A DNA stretch of 64,000 bases from Clostridia bacterium. Lineage in GTDB: Bacteria; Bacillota; Clostridia; TANB77; CAG-465. The DNA is taken from NCBI GenBank assembly GCA_045534225.1, contig JAZSJJ010000004.1, forward strand, positions 57,750 through 121,749, in the 5' to 3' direction. The position numbers and the translations under genes were made by a program. Of this stretch, positions 52,709 to 62,684 are shown in pieces (within the stretch, counting starts at the first letter, position 1; each line of letters begins with the position of its first letter). The notes below the pieces were generated by a model. It was not told the DNA's origin, made no database searches, and saw only the letters and a program-made list of their open reading frames with translations.

Positions 52709-52740
52709 AAAAAACAGGGCATATTTCATCCCTGTTTTTG
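52709..52740 (-). terminator. Terminator after the Mrr-like gene
   Basis: AAAAACAGGG/CCCTGTTTTT. Confidence 0.75.
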
Positions 52741-52743
52741 TGT

Positions 52744-54624
52744 TTATATCTTTACTTTTATTTGGTATCTCCCTAGAATTTGCTTTTTGTATTCTTCTAT
52801 TTTCTTTCCATCAACAAGTTCAATATTATTCGCTTTAGCAAGTTCTTTAGCAGATTGAGTAAATGCATTGTTAGTAATAACAATACCCTTATTTGCTTTA
52901 TACATAGCTATTGCGGCTACTATTTCTTGAACAGCTGCATTTCCTACATGACTACTATAATATTTTGCTTGAATAACATATTTATAGTTATCTTTTGTTG
53001 CTATAACATCTGCACCTTGATCTCCACTCTTTTTAGTAACTTTTTCTATTGTATAACCAAGTCTTTTATATAGATTTGCAACATAGTTTTCAAAATCATA
53101 ACCAGTTTTAATATTATCCAAACTTAGCTCTAATTCTTCTCTATTCTTTTCTTTAGATAAATCTCCTTTAAGAAGTCTGTCTCTTTCTTCTTTGAGGTCT
53201 TCAATATACTTCTGCTCTTCTATTATTGCTATTTTTTCAGAAGCCTCCATTAATATTTCATCTATGTTCGTCATTATATCGAATTTAAGACTTGTTTTCA
53301 TTTTTTCTTGTTTTTTAAGAATATTTGCAATACCTATTATTTGACCTTCTCTGTTAAAATCTATAAGATTAGCAACTATATAATCTATCAGTTGTTCTTT
53401 AGTTTCAATAACAGCATCCGAGTCAATATTATATTTTTCAGCTAGTTTCTTTCTTTTTGCTAATTCTATTATCGTCCACCAATCTGTTTCTTCTAATTTA
53501 TCTTTGAATGATTTGATATATAAATTTGTATAAAGAGTATACATCTTATTTACAATACTTTCATCTGTCATCTTTGCTTCATACATATTGTTATATATTG
53601 TGAATAATTCTTTGTTATTTTCAAATTCTGTTAAGTTGTCACAGGCTTTTATCATATCTATTAATAAACATGTATATCCAAATATAGGTTTACATTTCCC
53701 TGAGAGCTTATAAGATTTATCTCCAGCAGCCAATTTTATCACATTATTTGTTGTTAAATACTCATTTAGCTGTATATAATAGTTATCATATTTAGTCTTT
53801 ATTTCTATTTTCAATTCATCAGTATCCAATCCATCGATAAGTTTGTTCTCATTTTTATCCTTATTATTCAAAACACATTTCGATTTGTATATATCAAATA
53901 TTCCGTGTATTTTAATTCCTTCTTTTTTAATCTTAATATCCCCTAATACAAAATCCCATAATAGTGTTTTAACTGCATTTTTAGAATAGTTTTTTAATGA
54001 AACATTAATTTCATGCCTTTTATCTAAAATCTTAGAGTATAGACATAATATTTCTGGATTGTCTAATATTTTCTTCGTATATTTTTCTATTATTTTTTCC
54101 TTTTCTTTCTCATACACTTTATGTTTTTGTTCTAGAATATTTTTTTGTAATATTTTATTTTCCTCTTCTTTTTGTTTCTTTTCTTCTGCTATTTTTTCTT
54201 CTTTTTCTTTCTCCAGTTCTTTTTGCTTATCTCTTAATGCGGTGTTGTTTTTGCTTATTTCCACTTCAATCTTTCGTCTTTTAATCAATACCACCCATTT
54301 ATATAGAAAATAAAGTGAAACAAGTAAAAAAATCCAGCTTAAGCTTGGTATATTAATAATTAGTCCTATAAACGCAAAACAGCATGTATAAAACGAATAA
54401 TTTTCAATTACTTTTTCATACTTAGCTTTCAGTTCCATTCCACAAAATTCGCATTTACCATCTATATATTTACTTTGTTTGTGACAATTATTGCAAAGTA
54501 TGGTAGTTTTATCAAAATTATTTTTTAATATTTCATCATATTCTTTTTCTACTTTCTTTATACATATTTTATATATAATCCATCCAGTTGTAGCAAACAT
54601 CACAGAATAAATCAACCAAACCAT
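52744..54624 (-). CDS. Membrane-anchored protein with Zn-ribbon, coiled coil and C-terminal Mrr-type restriction endonuclease domain
   Basis: TGYDFENYVANLY..LGY, SGDQGADVI, VIQAKYY, VGNAAVQEI, ITNNAFT..A.ELA; N-terminal TMs and CNNC/CEFC. Confidence 0.82.
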   Translation of the reverse strand: MVWLIYSVMFATTGWIIYKICIKKVEKEYDEILKNNFDKTTILCNNCHKQSKYIDGKCEFCGMELKAKYEKVIENYSFYTCCFAFIGLIINIPSLSWIFLLVSLYFLYKWVVLIKRRKIEVEISKNNTALRDKQKELEKEKEEKIAEEKKQKEEENKILQKNILEQKHKVYEKEKEKIIEKYTKKILDNPEILCLYSKILDKRHEINVSLKNYSKNAVKTLLWDFVLGDIKIKKEGIKIHGIFDIYKSKCVLNNKDKNENKLIDGLDTDELKIEIKTKYDNYYIQLNEYLTTNNVIKLAAGDKSYKLSGKCKPIFGYTCLLIDMIKACDNLTEFENNKELFTIYNNMYEAKMTDESIVNKMYTLYTNLYIKSFKDKLEETDWWTIIELAKRKKLAEKYNIDSDAVIETKEQLIDYIVANLIDFNREGQIIGIANILKKQEKMKTSLKFDIMTNIDEILMEASEKIAIIEEQKYIEDLKEERDRLLKGDLSKEKNREELELSLDNIKTGYDFENYVANLYKRLGYTIEKVTKKSGDQGADVIATKDNYKYVIQAKYYSSHVGNAAVQEIVAAIAMYKANKGIVITNNAFTQSAKELAKANNIELVDGKKIEEYKKQILGRYQIKVKI

Positions 54625-54711
54625 TCTTTATCCTCCTAAATTATACCCATATTATACTACTCTTTAATGTAAAATAAAAGTAACAGATATAATTTCCGTT
54701 ACTTTACATTT

Positions 54712-55515
54712 TTAATAATTTATTTGTTCTACTTCTATAAGATAATATGACTTGCCGTCTTTCTTTAATGTATATCTTAGAACTGGCATTTCGTCTCTAT
54801 GGTCATTTATCCATATTTCTTCTTTTTCCATATCTTCATAATTATCAAAAACATGTACTAAATCATGCCCATTTTTATCTCCTATTATTACCTGTACTTT
54901 TGTGTTTTCAAAATCTATATCTCCATATTCGTCTGTAACTACACTGTCTTCATCATAGTTGTATACTCCAGATAACATATATGTATATACATAATAGTAA
55001 TCTTTTGTTTCTGTTGCATTCATTAATATTTGTTTGCTAAATATTCCAACATATCCTAAAGGTATTACAGAATATGATTTAGATTCCTCATCGTAGAAGA
55101 ATATTGATTTACTTACATCTGGTTCTGTTACTTCTTTAGTATTTATCTTTGCATCTTTACCAAATATCTTCTTTACATATTTATTTACATTAGCTTCAGA
55201 ATAATCAAAATCTTCTTCATCCATCATTTTTTGAAGTGTTGCATCCATTATGAAAAAGCTTGAAAATGGAGCTATTTCTTCATAATATATTTTAGGTATA
55301 AAGTTATATAATTCCTCTCTCATAGCTTTTGTTACATCTTTTTCATCATCTTCTATTTTAGATGGTGCTTTACCTGTAAGCTCACCAGTGCTACTGTTAT
55401 TGTTTGTAACATTATTTACTGGTGGTTCTTCTCCTCCTGTAAATATTATTACGCCAAGACAAACAACAACTATTAATATAACTATAGCTATTATTGTTAT
55501 TTTCTTCTTATCCAT
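54712..55515 (-). CDS. Hypothetical membrane-anchored extracellular protein
   Basis: KKK plus hydrophobic anchor, then an acidic Tyr-rich domain. Confidence 0.75.
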   Translation of the reverse strand: MDKKKITIIAIVILIVVVCLGVIIFTGGEEPPVNNVTNNNSSTGELTGKAPSKIEDDEKDVTKAMREELYNFIPKIYYEEIAPFSSFFIMDATLQKMMDEEDFDYSEANVNKYVKKIFGKDAKINTKEVTEPDVSKSIFFYDEESKSYSVIPLGYVGIFSKQILMNATETKDYYYVYTYMLSGVYNYDEDSVVTDEYGDIDFENTKVQVIIGDKNGHDLVHVFDNYEDMEKEEIWINDHRDEMPVLRYTLKKDGKSYYLIEVEQINY

Positions 55516-55530
55516 ATATTCTCCTTTATT

Positions 55531-56091
55531 TTATTCTGCCCACAAACCAATTTTATTTTCTCTTGCTTCTTTTTGTAGTTCTGTAAAATCTTCTACATAT
55601 TTTACATTAGGCGGATATGTTGCAACTTTAGCATATCCTATTTCTAATAAATGTTTATTATACATTTCTCCATCTATATATACATATGCAAGAAGTCTTC
55701 CATACTTGTCTCTTTCCTGCACATCAAATTCTAATTTTACTGTTTTTCCATTTAATTTAGATTTTGTATAGTCTGATGTCATTACACCCTCTTTAGTATT
55801 TTTACTTTTATCTGCATGTACACTTTCAGGTGTATCTACTCCTATTAGTCTTACCTTTTCATCTTTACCATTAAAATCTACAACAAAAGTATCTCCATCA
55901 ACAACTCTAACTACTTTGTATTCGTTTAATCCATTAACATCTGTATATGCATTACTTTCTACAAGAGTTGCATTACCACCGTCTAGATACTTCTCTAAAT
56001 CTATATATCCTGTTTCATCTAGCACTACTAATACTAATGCTAGAATACCTGTTATTATTCCACCTATTATTTTTTTATCTTTCTTTTTCAT
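55531..56091 (-). CDS. Thermonuclease (SNase) family nuclease, membrane anchored
   Basis: VVRVVDGDT, VRLIGVDTPE, DKYGRLLAYVY, AREN..GLW. Confidence 0.93.
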   Translation of the reverse strand: MKKKDKKIIGGIITGILALVLVVLDETGYIDLEKYLDGGNATLVESNAYTDVNGLNEYKVVRVVDGDTFVVDFNGKDEKVRLIGVDTPESVHADKSKNTKEGVMTSDYTKSKLNGKTVKLEFDVQERDKYGRLLAYVYIDGEMYNKHLLEIGYAKVATYPPNVKYVEDFTELQKEARENKIGLWAE

Positions 56092-56127
56092 TTGTTTTAC
56101 CCCTCATACAAATGGTATCACAAAGCA

Positions 56128-56733
56128 TTAAGCATTGCAATTTAAGTGTTTCTTTTTGCTTAATTTAACATTGTTCTTTTCCATTTGTTTTAACTCTTTT
56201 TCGCTATATTTTACTCTATATCTGTAATCTCTTAAAAGTCCTTTATATATACTCTTATGCGGAAGCATCAAGAAATGTTCTGGTTTTATTATTTCTGGTA
56301 AACCGTCTGCAATTCCCGCTTCTTTTAATACATATTTTAAGAATTCTGCGCAGTACAAATAATTTTCTTTTGCTATTCTTTTATTTATACTTACCGCAAA
56401 CAACCCTGCTATATTAAATTTATATTTTTCTTTTTCCGCTTCCATTTTTAATATAACTTGTTCTAATTTTGCATATTGTTCATCTGTTACTCTAACTCTT
56501 AAAACTTGACAAGTTGTATTTCTAAATCTATAGAACGTTCCTTTGTGTATATATTCATGTACAAATCCACCTACATATGGATTGTATGGATTAAGTCTAC
56601 CAAAGCTGTACATTCTTTCTAATTCTTTATCTAACGCTATAGATACATGCCCATATTCTTTCTTTGTATATACTTTTACAATTTGAGACAATGCTGAGCC
56701 TGTCATAGTTAATACTATATATATGCTTCTCAT
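56128..56733 (-). CDS. Permuted papain-like NlpC/P60 (YaeF/YiiX-like) protein
   Basis: YGHVSIA (His first), YKFN, YCAEF (Cys last), IKPEHF. Confidence 0.65.
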   Translation of the reverse strand: MRSIYIVLTMTGSALSQIVKVYTKKEYGHVSIALDKELERMYSFGRLNPYNPYVGGFVHEYIHKGTFYRFRNTTCQVLRVRVTDEQYAKLEQVILKMEAEKEKYKFNIAGLFAVSINKRIAKENYLYCAEFLKYVLKEAGIADGLPEIIKPEHFLMLPHKSIYKGLLRDYRYRVKYSEKELKQMEKNNVKLSKKKHLNCNA

Positions 56734-56819
56734 ATTTCCACTCTTTTCTTAAGTATGTATATTATACACGAAAAAAAGCGAGATTTCAACAATCTCGCCT
56801 TGTTATATTATTCACTTCA

Positions 56820-57158
56820 TTAAAATTTTATTACACTAGAAAAAATCCAAATTAATGCTAAACCTACTATTAGTTCTAAAAGCATAGCACCCATAAATAG
56901 CCATGGGATAAATAATATAACCCACAATTTACAAAACTCAGTTTTAATATCCTTAACTTTTGCTATTATACTTAACACAATAACAAGTGCTCCATATGGA
57001 ATTATACTTAGTATTGTGCATACTGGGAAACCACCTTCTGTAACACCATGCCACATTATATAGTCTCCTATCATTCCTAGCATTGGTATTACAAACGATG
57101 CTATCACAAAAATTTTATCTAATATGTGTATTTTTTTCTTTTTTGCTTCTTGTTCCAT
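56820..57158 (-). CDS. Small membrane protein
   Basis: 112 aa, three hydrophobic segments, immediately after fucO. Confidence 0.65.
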   Translation of the reverse strand: MEQEAKKKKIHILDKIFVIASFVIPMLGMIGDYIMWHGVTEGGFPVCTILSIIPYGALVIVLSIIAKVKDIKTEFCKLWVILFIPWLFMGAMLLELIVGLALIWIFSSVIKF

Positions 57159-57170
57159 TTTCTTTCCTTA

Positions 57171-58325
57171 TTACATAGCTTCTCTATATAATTTGATAAA
57201 GTCTTCTTTAGTAACTTCTCTTGGGTTACCTGGCATACATGGATCTGCCATTGCTTTTTCAGCTAGCATATCTAAATCTTCTTCTTTGCATCCAGTATCT
57301 TTAACTGTTGTAGTTATTCCAACTGTTCTAGAAAGTTCTTCTATCTTTCCTACGAATACTTCAACTGCTTGTTCATCAGTAAAGCTTAATGCTCCTATTA
57401 CGCCAAGACCAGCTAGTATTTCTTTAAATCTATCTGCGCATACAGCTCCGTTATATCTCATAACTGTTGGAAGTAATATTGTATTAGCTAGACCATGTGG
57501 TGTGTCATATACAGCACCTAATTGGTGAGCCATTGAGTGAACTATTCCTAGTCCAACATTTGAGAATCCCATACCAGCTATGTATTGAGCAAGAGCCATT
57601 TTTTCTACAGCTTTTGGATCTTTTTCATTTACAGCTGCTGGTAAATATTTAAATATTAATTTAATAGCTTGCATGTGGAACATGTCAGACATAGTATTGT
57701 GTCCTTTAGTAATGTATCCTTCAACTGCGTGTGTTAATGCATCCATACCTGTTGATGCTGCTATAGATTTTGGAAGTGTTTCCATAAGTTCAGAGTCTAC
57801 TATTGCAAGAAGTGGTATATCGTTAGGATCAACGCAAACCATTTTAACTTCCCTGTCTTCGTCAGTTATTACATAGTTAATTGTAACTTCTGCTGCAGTA
57901 CCATGAGTTGTTGGAAGTGCAACCATTGCCATTCCTCTATTTTTAGTATTAGATACTCCTTCTAGAGATACAACATCTGCTCTATCTGGGTTAGTCATTA
58001 TTATTGAAATACCCTTAGCTGTATCCATTACAGATCCCCCACCTACTGCAACTATTACATCTGCACCTGATGCTTTGCATGCCGCAACACCATCTTGTAC
58101 ATTTTTAACAGTTGGGTTTGGTTTAATGTCTGCATAAGTATCATAAGGGATACCTGCTGCATCTAATACAGCACTAACTTTAGTAGCAACACCACAATCT
58201 AAAAGAGTTTTGTCTGTTACAAATAATACTTTTTTGTATCCTCTATTAGTTATTTCGCTTGCTAGTACTTCTCTTGAACCTCTACCAAAATGTGAAGTTT
58301 CATTTAAAACAAATCTTTCTGACAT
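57171..58325 (-). CDS. fucO: Lactaldehyde reductase (Fe-dependent alcohol dehydrogenase)
   Basis: RFVLNETSHFG, GGGSVMD, AAEVTINYVITD, DALTHAVEGY, HSMAHQLG, PHGLAN, PGNPR. Confidence 0.85.
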   Translation of the reverse strand: MSERFVLNETSHFGRGSREVLASEITNRGYKKVLFVTDKTLLDCGVATKVSAVLDAAGIPYDTYADIKPNPTVKNVQDGVAACKASGADVIVAVGGGSVMDTAKGISIIMTNPDRADVVSLEGVSNTKNRGMAMVALPTTHGTAAEVTINYVITDEDREVKMVCVDPNDIPLLAIVDSELMETLPKSIAASTGMDALTHAVEGYITKGHNTMSDMFHMQAIKLIFKYLPAAVNEKDPKAVEKMALAQYIAGMGFSNVGLGIVHSMAHQLGAVYDTPHGLANTILLPTVMRYNGAVCADRFKEILAGLGVIGALSFTDEQAVEVFVGKIEELSRTVGITTTVKDTGCKEEDLDMLAEKAMADPCMPGNPREVTKEDFIKLYREAM

Positions 58326-58392
58326 ATCTTATTCCTCCTTATTTACATCAAAAATATATAATAACGTACCTAGGTACAATTATCCAAAATTA

Positions 58393-59154
58393 TTACTGAA
58401 AATCTACTACGTTTATCCAGCGTCTTAAGAATTCTTGTTCTTCAGGAATTCCTTTAGTAAGCTGAGTTGCTGCAACTATTGGAATCCATCTTCTAATATG
58501 TGCCTTTTCTATTCCACTTTTTTCCGCAAACAAATCTAAGTATTTGTCTGCTAATTCCTCTTTACCTTGTATTGAGAATAACAAAAATGTTCTTGCAGCA
58601 TCACCTGATGCATTACCTTGAGTCGCATGCGACCAATCTAGTACATATGCATCACCTTTTTCGGTGATTATTATATTACTTGGATTGAAGTCTCCATGGC
58701 AAAGTTTAGCATGGTTTTTCATACCTTCTAATCTTTGTTCTAGTTCATATTTTGTTGCATCATCTATAAGATTAGTATCTTTTAGTTTATTTCTAAACTT
58801 GTCCTTCATTCTGCTAAGCAAAGGAACTCTTTTAGATAATACACTTAATTGAAGATTTACAAATATATCTAGGTAATTATCCATTTTTTCTGGATGCTTA
58901 TCCATAAGTTCAGCTAGCGTAGTACCTGAAACGTATTCAGATACTAGTGCCCAACCTTCTTTTATTTTTGTAACTTCCAATAGTTTTGGAATATTTAAGT
59001 CTGTAGCTTCTTCTACACGCGCTTGATTTAACGCTTCGTTTAATATATTAGATTTAGGATGTTTCTTTTCGAATAATTTTATTACTCTATCCCCATCTTT
59101 ATATATTGTTTTGTTTTTTCTTTCAGCTAACACCTTTACAACTTTTACTGCCAT
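58393..59154 (-). CDS. APH/ChoK-family phosphotransferase
   Basis: VIKLF, CHGDFNPSN, LDW; start overlaps the adhE stop. Confidence 0.85.
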   Translation of the reverse strand: MAVKVVKVLAERKNKTIYKDGDRVIKLFEKKHPKSNILNEALNQARVEEATDLNIPKLLEVTKIKEGWALVSEYVSGTTLAELMDKHPEKMDNYLDIFVNLQLSVLSKRVPLLSRMKDKFRNKLKDTNLIDDATKYELEQRLEGMKNHAKLCHGDFNPSNIIITEKGDAYVLDWSHATQGNASGDAARTFLLFSIQGKEELADKYLDLFAEKSGIEKAHIRRWIPIVAATQLTKGIPEEQEFLRRWINVVDFQ

Positions 59155-61748
59155 TATTCTTTACCTCCATAATATGCGTTTAAGTACATTTCTTTTATTT
59201 CGCTCATTAATGGATATCTTGGGTTTGCTCCAGTACATTGATCATCAAAAGCTTGTTCTGTCATTTCATCAAGTCTAGCTAGGAAGTCTTTTTCATCTAT
59301 GCCATAATCTTTTATTGTTTTCTTTATGCCAACTTTTTCTTTTAAGTCGTTAACTGCTTTTATTAAGTTTTCTAGTTTTTCTTCATTTGTTTTTCCACCA
59401 AGGCCTAATGCGTCTGAAACTTTAGCATATTTTTCTAATGTTTTTGGATGGTCATATTGTGGGAACGTTCCCATTTTAGGTGGTGCATCCACACTATTAA
59501 ATCTTAATACATGTTCTATCATTAAAGCATTTGCTACACCATGTGGTAAATGATGGAATGAACCTAATTTGTGTGCCATTGAGTGACATACTCCAAGGAA
59601 TGCATTTGCAAATGCCATACCAGCCATTGTTGCTGCATTAGCCATTTTCTCACGTGCTTCTGGATCGTTTGGTCCGTTATCATAAGCACGAGGTAAATAT
59701 GCAAATATATTTTTTAAGCTTTCTATAGCTAAACCATCTGTATATTCTGTAGCCATCATTGATGCTAATGCTTCAAGGTCGTGTGTTACTGCATCTATTC
59801 CTGATGCTGATGTAAGACCTTTAGGTGCATTCATCATCATATCTGCATCTACTATTGCCATCTTAGGCATAAGTTCGTAATCTGCTAATGGATATTTAGT
59901 TCCAGTCTTTTCATCTGTTATAACAGCAAATGGTGTTACTTCTGAACCTGTACCTGCTGTTGTAGGTACTGCAATAAAGTATGCTTTTTCACCCATTTTA
60001 GGGAAAGTGTATACTCTTTTACGTATATCCATAAATCTCATAGCCATATCCATAAAGTCTACCTCTGGATGTTCATACATTACCCACATAATTTTAGCAG
60101 CATCCATTGCGCTACCACCACCGATTGCTATAATACAATCTGGGTTAAATGCTCTAATTTGTTCTGTTCCTTTTACTGCACATTCCAAAGTTGGATCTGG
60201 TTCTACATCAAAGAATGATGCGTGCGCTATTTTTAATTCATCTAATTTATCTGTTACTGGTTTTGTATAACCATTTTCATACAAAAATTTATCTGTAACA
60301 ATAAATACTCTCTTTTTATTTAAAACTGTACCTAGTTCATCTAGTGCAACTGGTAAACAGCCTTTTTTAATATATACTTTTTCTGGTGCTCTAAACCAAA
60401 GCATGTTTTCTCTCCTTTCAGCAACTGTTTTTACATTTAACAAGTGCTTTATTCCTACGTTTTCTGAAACTGAGTTTCCTCCCCATGATCCACAACCAAG
60501 TGTAAGTGATGGAGTTAACTTAAAGTTGTATATGTCTCCTATACCGCCTTGTGCTGCTGGAGTATTTATTAATACTCTGCATGTTTTCATTGAGTTGTAG
60601 AACTGTTCTATTTTTTCTTGCTCAGTAAGTGTATTTATGTATAATGATGATGTATGTCCAAGACCACCATCTTCTACTAATACTTTTGCTTTACTAATAG
60701 CTTCCTTAAAGTTCTTTGCTTTATACATTGCAAGAACTGGAGATAACTTTTCGTGAGCAAATTCTTCGTCTAGGTTTACGTTTTCTACTTCACCTATTAG
60801 CACTCTTGTATTTTCTGGTACTGATACTCCTGAAAGTTCTGCAATTCTATATGCACTTTGTCCAACTATCTTTGCGTTTAGTGCTCCATTTATTATTATT
60901 GTTTTTCTAACTTTTTCTGTTTCATCTTCGTCAAGTATGTAACATCCACGTTTTACAAATTCTGCTTTTACATCATCATATATCTTGTTATCTACTATTA
61001 CAGATTGTTCTGATGCACATATCATACCATTATCAAAAGTTTTTGAGTGGATGATAGAGTTTACTGCTAAAACTATATCTGCAGATACATCAATTATTGC
61101 TGGTGTATTTCCTGCTCCTACTCCAAGTGCTGGTTTACCACTAGAGTATGCAGATTTAACCATACCTGGTCCACCTGTTGCAAGTATTGTATCTACTGAA
61201 TGCATTAATGTATTTGTAAGCTCTAATGATGGTACATCTATCCAAGAGATTATTCCTTTTGGTGCACCAGCTTTAACTGCTGCTTCTAGAACTATTCTTG
61301 CTGCTTCTATAGTAGAATTCTTTGCTCTAGGGTGTGGACTTATTATTATTCCATTTCTTGTTTTAAGAGCTATTAATGTCTTAAATATTGCTGTAGAAGT
61401 AGGGTTTGTTGTTGGTATAACCGCACCAATTATTCCTATTGGTTCTAATACTTTCTTTATACCAAAAGCTTTATCTTCTTCTACAACACCACACGTTTTT
61501 GTATCTCTATATTTGTTATATATATATTCTGCAGCATAATGGTTCTTAATTACTTTATCTTCTACAAGCCCCATTCCTGTTTCTTCTACTGCCATTTTTG
61601 CAAGTGGTATTCTTGCACTGTTTGCTGCAATAGCTGCTGCTTTAAATATTTCATCTACTTGTTCTTGGCTAAACTTTGCAAATTCTTCTTGCGCTTTTCT
61701 TGTACTAGCAATTGCTTTTTCTAATTTTTCTACGCTATCTACTACCAT
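59154..61748 (-). CDS. adhE: Bifunctional acetaldehyde-CoA/alcohol dehydrogenase
   Basis: PTTNPTST, ATGGPGMV, GMICASEQ, HEKLSP, GCGSWGGN linker, GGGSAMD, HSMAH. Confidence 0.97.
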   Translation of the reverse strand: MVVDSVEKLEKAIASTRKAQEEFAKFSQEQVDEIFKAAAIAANSARIPLAKMAVEETGMGLVEDKVIKNHYAAEYIYNKYRDTKTCGVVEEDKAFGIKKVLEPIGIIGAVIPTTNPTSTAIFKTLIALKTRNGIIISPHPRAKNSTIEAARIVLEAAVKAGAPKGIISWIDVPSLELTNTLMHSVDTILATGGPGMVKSAYSSGKPALGVGAGNTPAIIDVSADIVLAVNSIIHSKTFDNGMICASEQSVIVDNKIYDDVKAEFVKRGCYILDEDETEKVRKTIIINGALNAKIVGQSAYRIAELSGVSVPENTRVLIGEVENVNLDEEFAHEKLSPVLAMYKAKNFKEAISKAKVLVEDGGLGHTSSLYINTLTEQEKIEQFYNSMKTCRVLINTPAAQGGIGDIYNFKLTPSLTLGCGSWGGNSVSENVGIKHLLNVKTVAERRENMLWFRAPEKVYIKKGCLPVALDELGTVLNKKRVFIVTDKFLYENGYTKPVTDKLDELKIAHASFFDVEPDPTLECAVKGTEQIRAFNPDCIIAIGGGSAMDAAKIMWVMYEHPEVDFMDMAMRFMDIRKRVYTFPKMGEKAYFIAVPTTAGTGSEVTPFAVITDEKTGTKYPLADYELMPKMAIVDADMMMNAPKGLTSASGIDAVTHDLEALASMMATEYTDGLAIESLKNIFAYLPRAYDNGPNDPEAREKMANAATMAGMAFANAFLGVCHSMAHKLGSFHHLPHGVANALMIEHVLRFNSVDAPPKMGTFPQYDHPKTLEKYAKVSDALGLGGKTNEEKLENLIKAVNDLKEKVGIKKTIKDYGIDEKDFLARLDEMTEQAFDDQCTGANPRYPLMSEIKEMYLNAYYGGKE

Positions 61749-61892
61749 ATGAGTTTTCTCCTTGTGTTATATCTTATGTATAAATATATATTTTTGCCTC
61801 TTAATAACAAAATCATAGTATCACATAAGTAGATTTTTGTAAATAGCATTTAAGCCACATATTTTATACATTTTATAGCCAATTTAACAAGC

Positions 61893-61929
61893 AAAAGAGA
61901 GCAATACTTTTAAGTATTACTCTCTTTAT
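61893..61929 (-). terminator. Terminator after the orphan gene pair
   Basis: AAAGAGAGCAATACT/AGTATTACTCTCTTT. Confidence 0.75.
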
Positions 61930-61936
61930 TTGAAGC

Positions 61937-62188
61937 TTAAAGTCCTTCCAGCTCCTTCTTGATTTGAGCCATCCGTGTTTTCATGTATTCACGAATTCCC
62001 TCGAATGCCTGCGAACCAAGCTTCGTGGTCACCTCTTTAAGCACCTTGTTGTTATGGTTATAAAAGGTGGAACACTTGAGGAAAATCTGAGCATCCGGAT
62101 TTGTAAGGATATCCAAAGCTTCTTCAAGCTCATGGTACTCGTTTAGGAGTTTTCTTCCTTTCTTCATTGCTTCATCGTTTGTCTTCAT
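61937..62188 (-). CDS. Hypothetical protein (GC-elevated)
   Basis: 83 aa, AGGAG RBS. Confidence 0.65.
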   Translation of the reverse strand: MKTNDEAMKKGRKLLNEYHELEEALDILTNPDAQIFLKCSTFYNHNNKVLKEVTTKLGSQAFEGIREYMKTRMAQIKKELEGL

Positions 62189-62202
62189 TTTTTATCTCCT
62201 TA

Positions 62203-62553
62203 TTATTTATATTTTTCTACAAATTGGGTGAATTGGTCCAACCTATACAAATTGTACAAACTTGTGTAGACTTCCGGGGTATCCCAACAGGCAGCTGTCT
62301 TATCGAAAATATCATAGAGGAATATCCGTACTGCTCCATCATTGTAGATTTGGATGCGCACAGCATTCTTAAGATTGCAAAGCATAAAGTGACATACATC
62401 ACTATATGTTGCCTTGTCTGATATATTGACGTACACGCTGCCGGTTGCATTTTTGGTAGTTTGTTCTGCCAGATACTTTTCCAAAGCGTCTTTTGGAATC
62501 TGTTTCTTTTTTCCGTTCCACCATACTTCGAACTTCTCGTTAAGCCAAAACAT
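62203..62553 (-). CDS. Hypothetical protein (GC-elevated)
   Basis: 116 aa, AAGGAG RBS, TTGTAA-N17-TATAAT promoter at 62616-62644. Confidence 0.65.
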   Translation of the reverse strand: MFWLNEKFEVWWNGKKKQIPKDALEKYLAEQTTKNATGSVYVNISDKATYSDVCHFMLCNLKNAVRIQIYNDGAVRIFLYDIFDKTAACWDTPEVYTSLYNLYRLDQFTQFVEKYK

Positions 62554-62684
62554 AATTATTCTCCTTCGTTCTATTGTTTAATTAAACTAAAGTCAACCAT
62601 TTAATTGACATAAAAATTATACCACAGAAAACAAAAAGTTACAACTACAAATTGTAATTGTAACCTTTATTCTCTGTCTATTTA

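Noticed and set aside
58393-59154. Aminoglycoside resistance gene
   Set aside because: Only generic APH-fold motifs; metabolic operon context and no mobile element
61749-61890. Rex operator upstream of adhE (also checked upstream of gap)
   Set aside because: Only half-sites found; no convincing TTGTNAA-N4-TTNACAA palindrome
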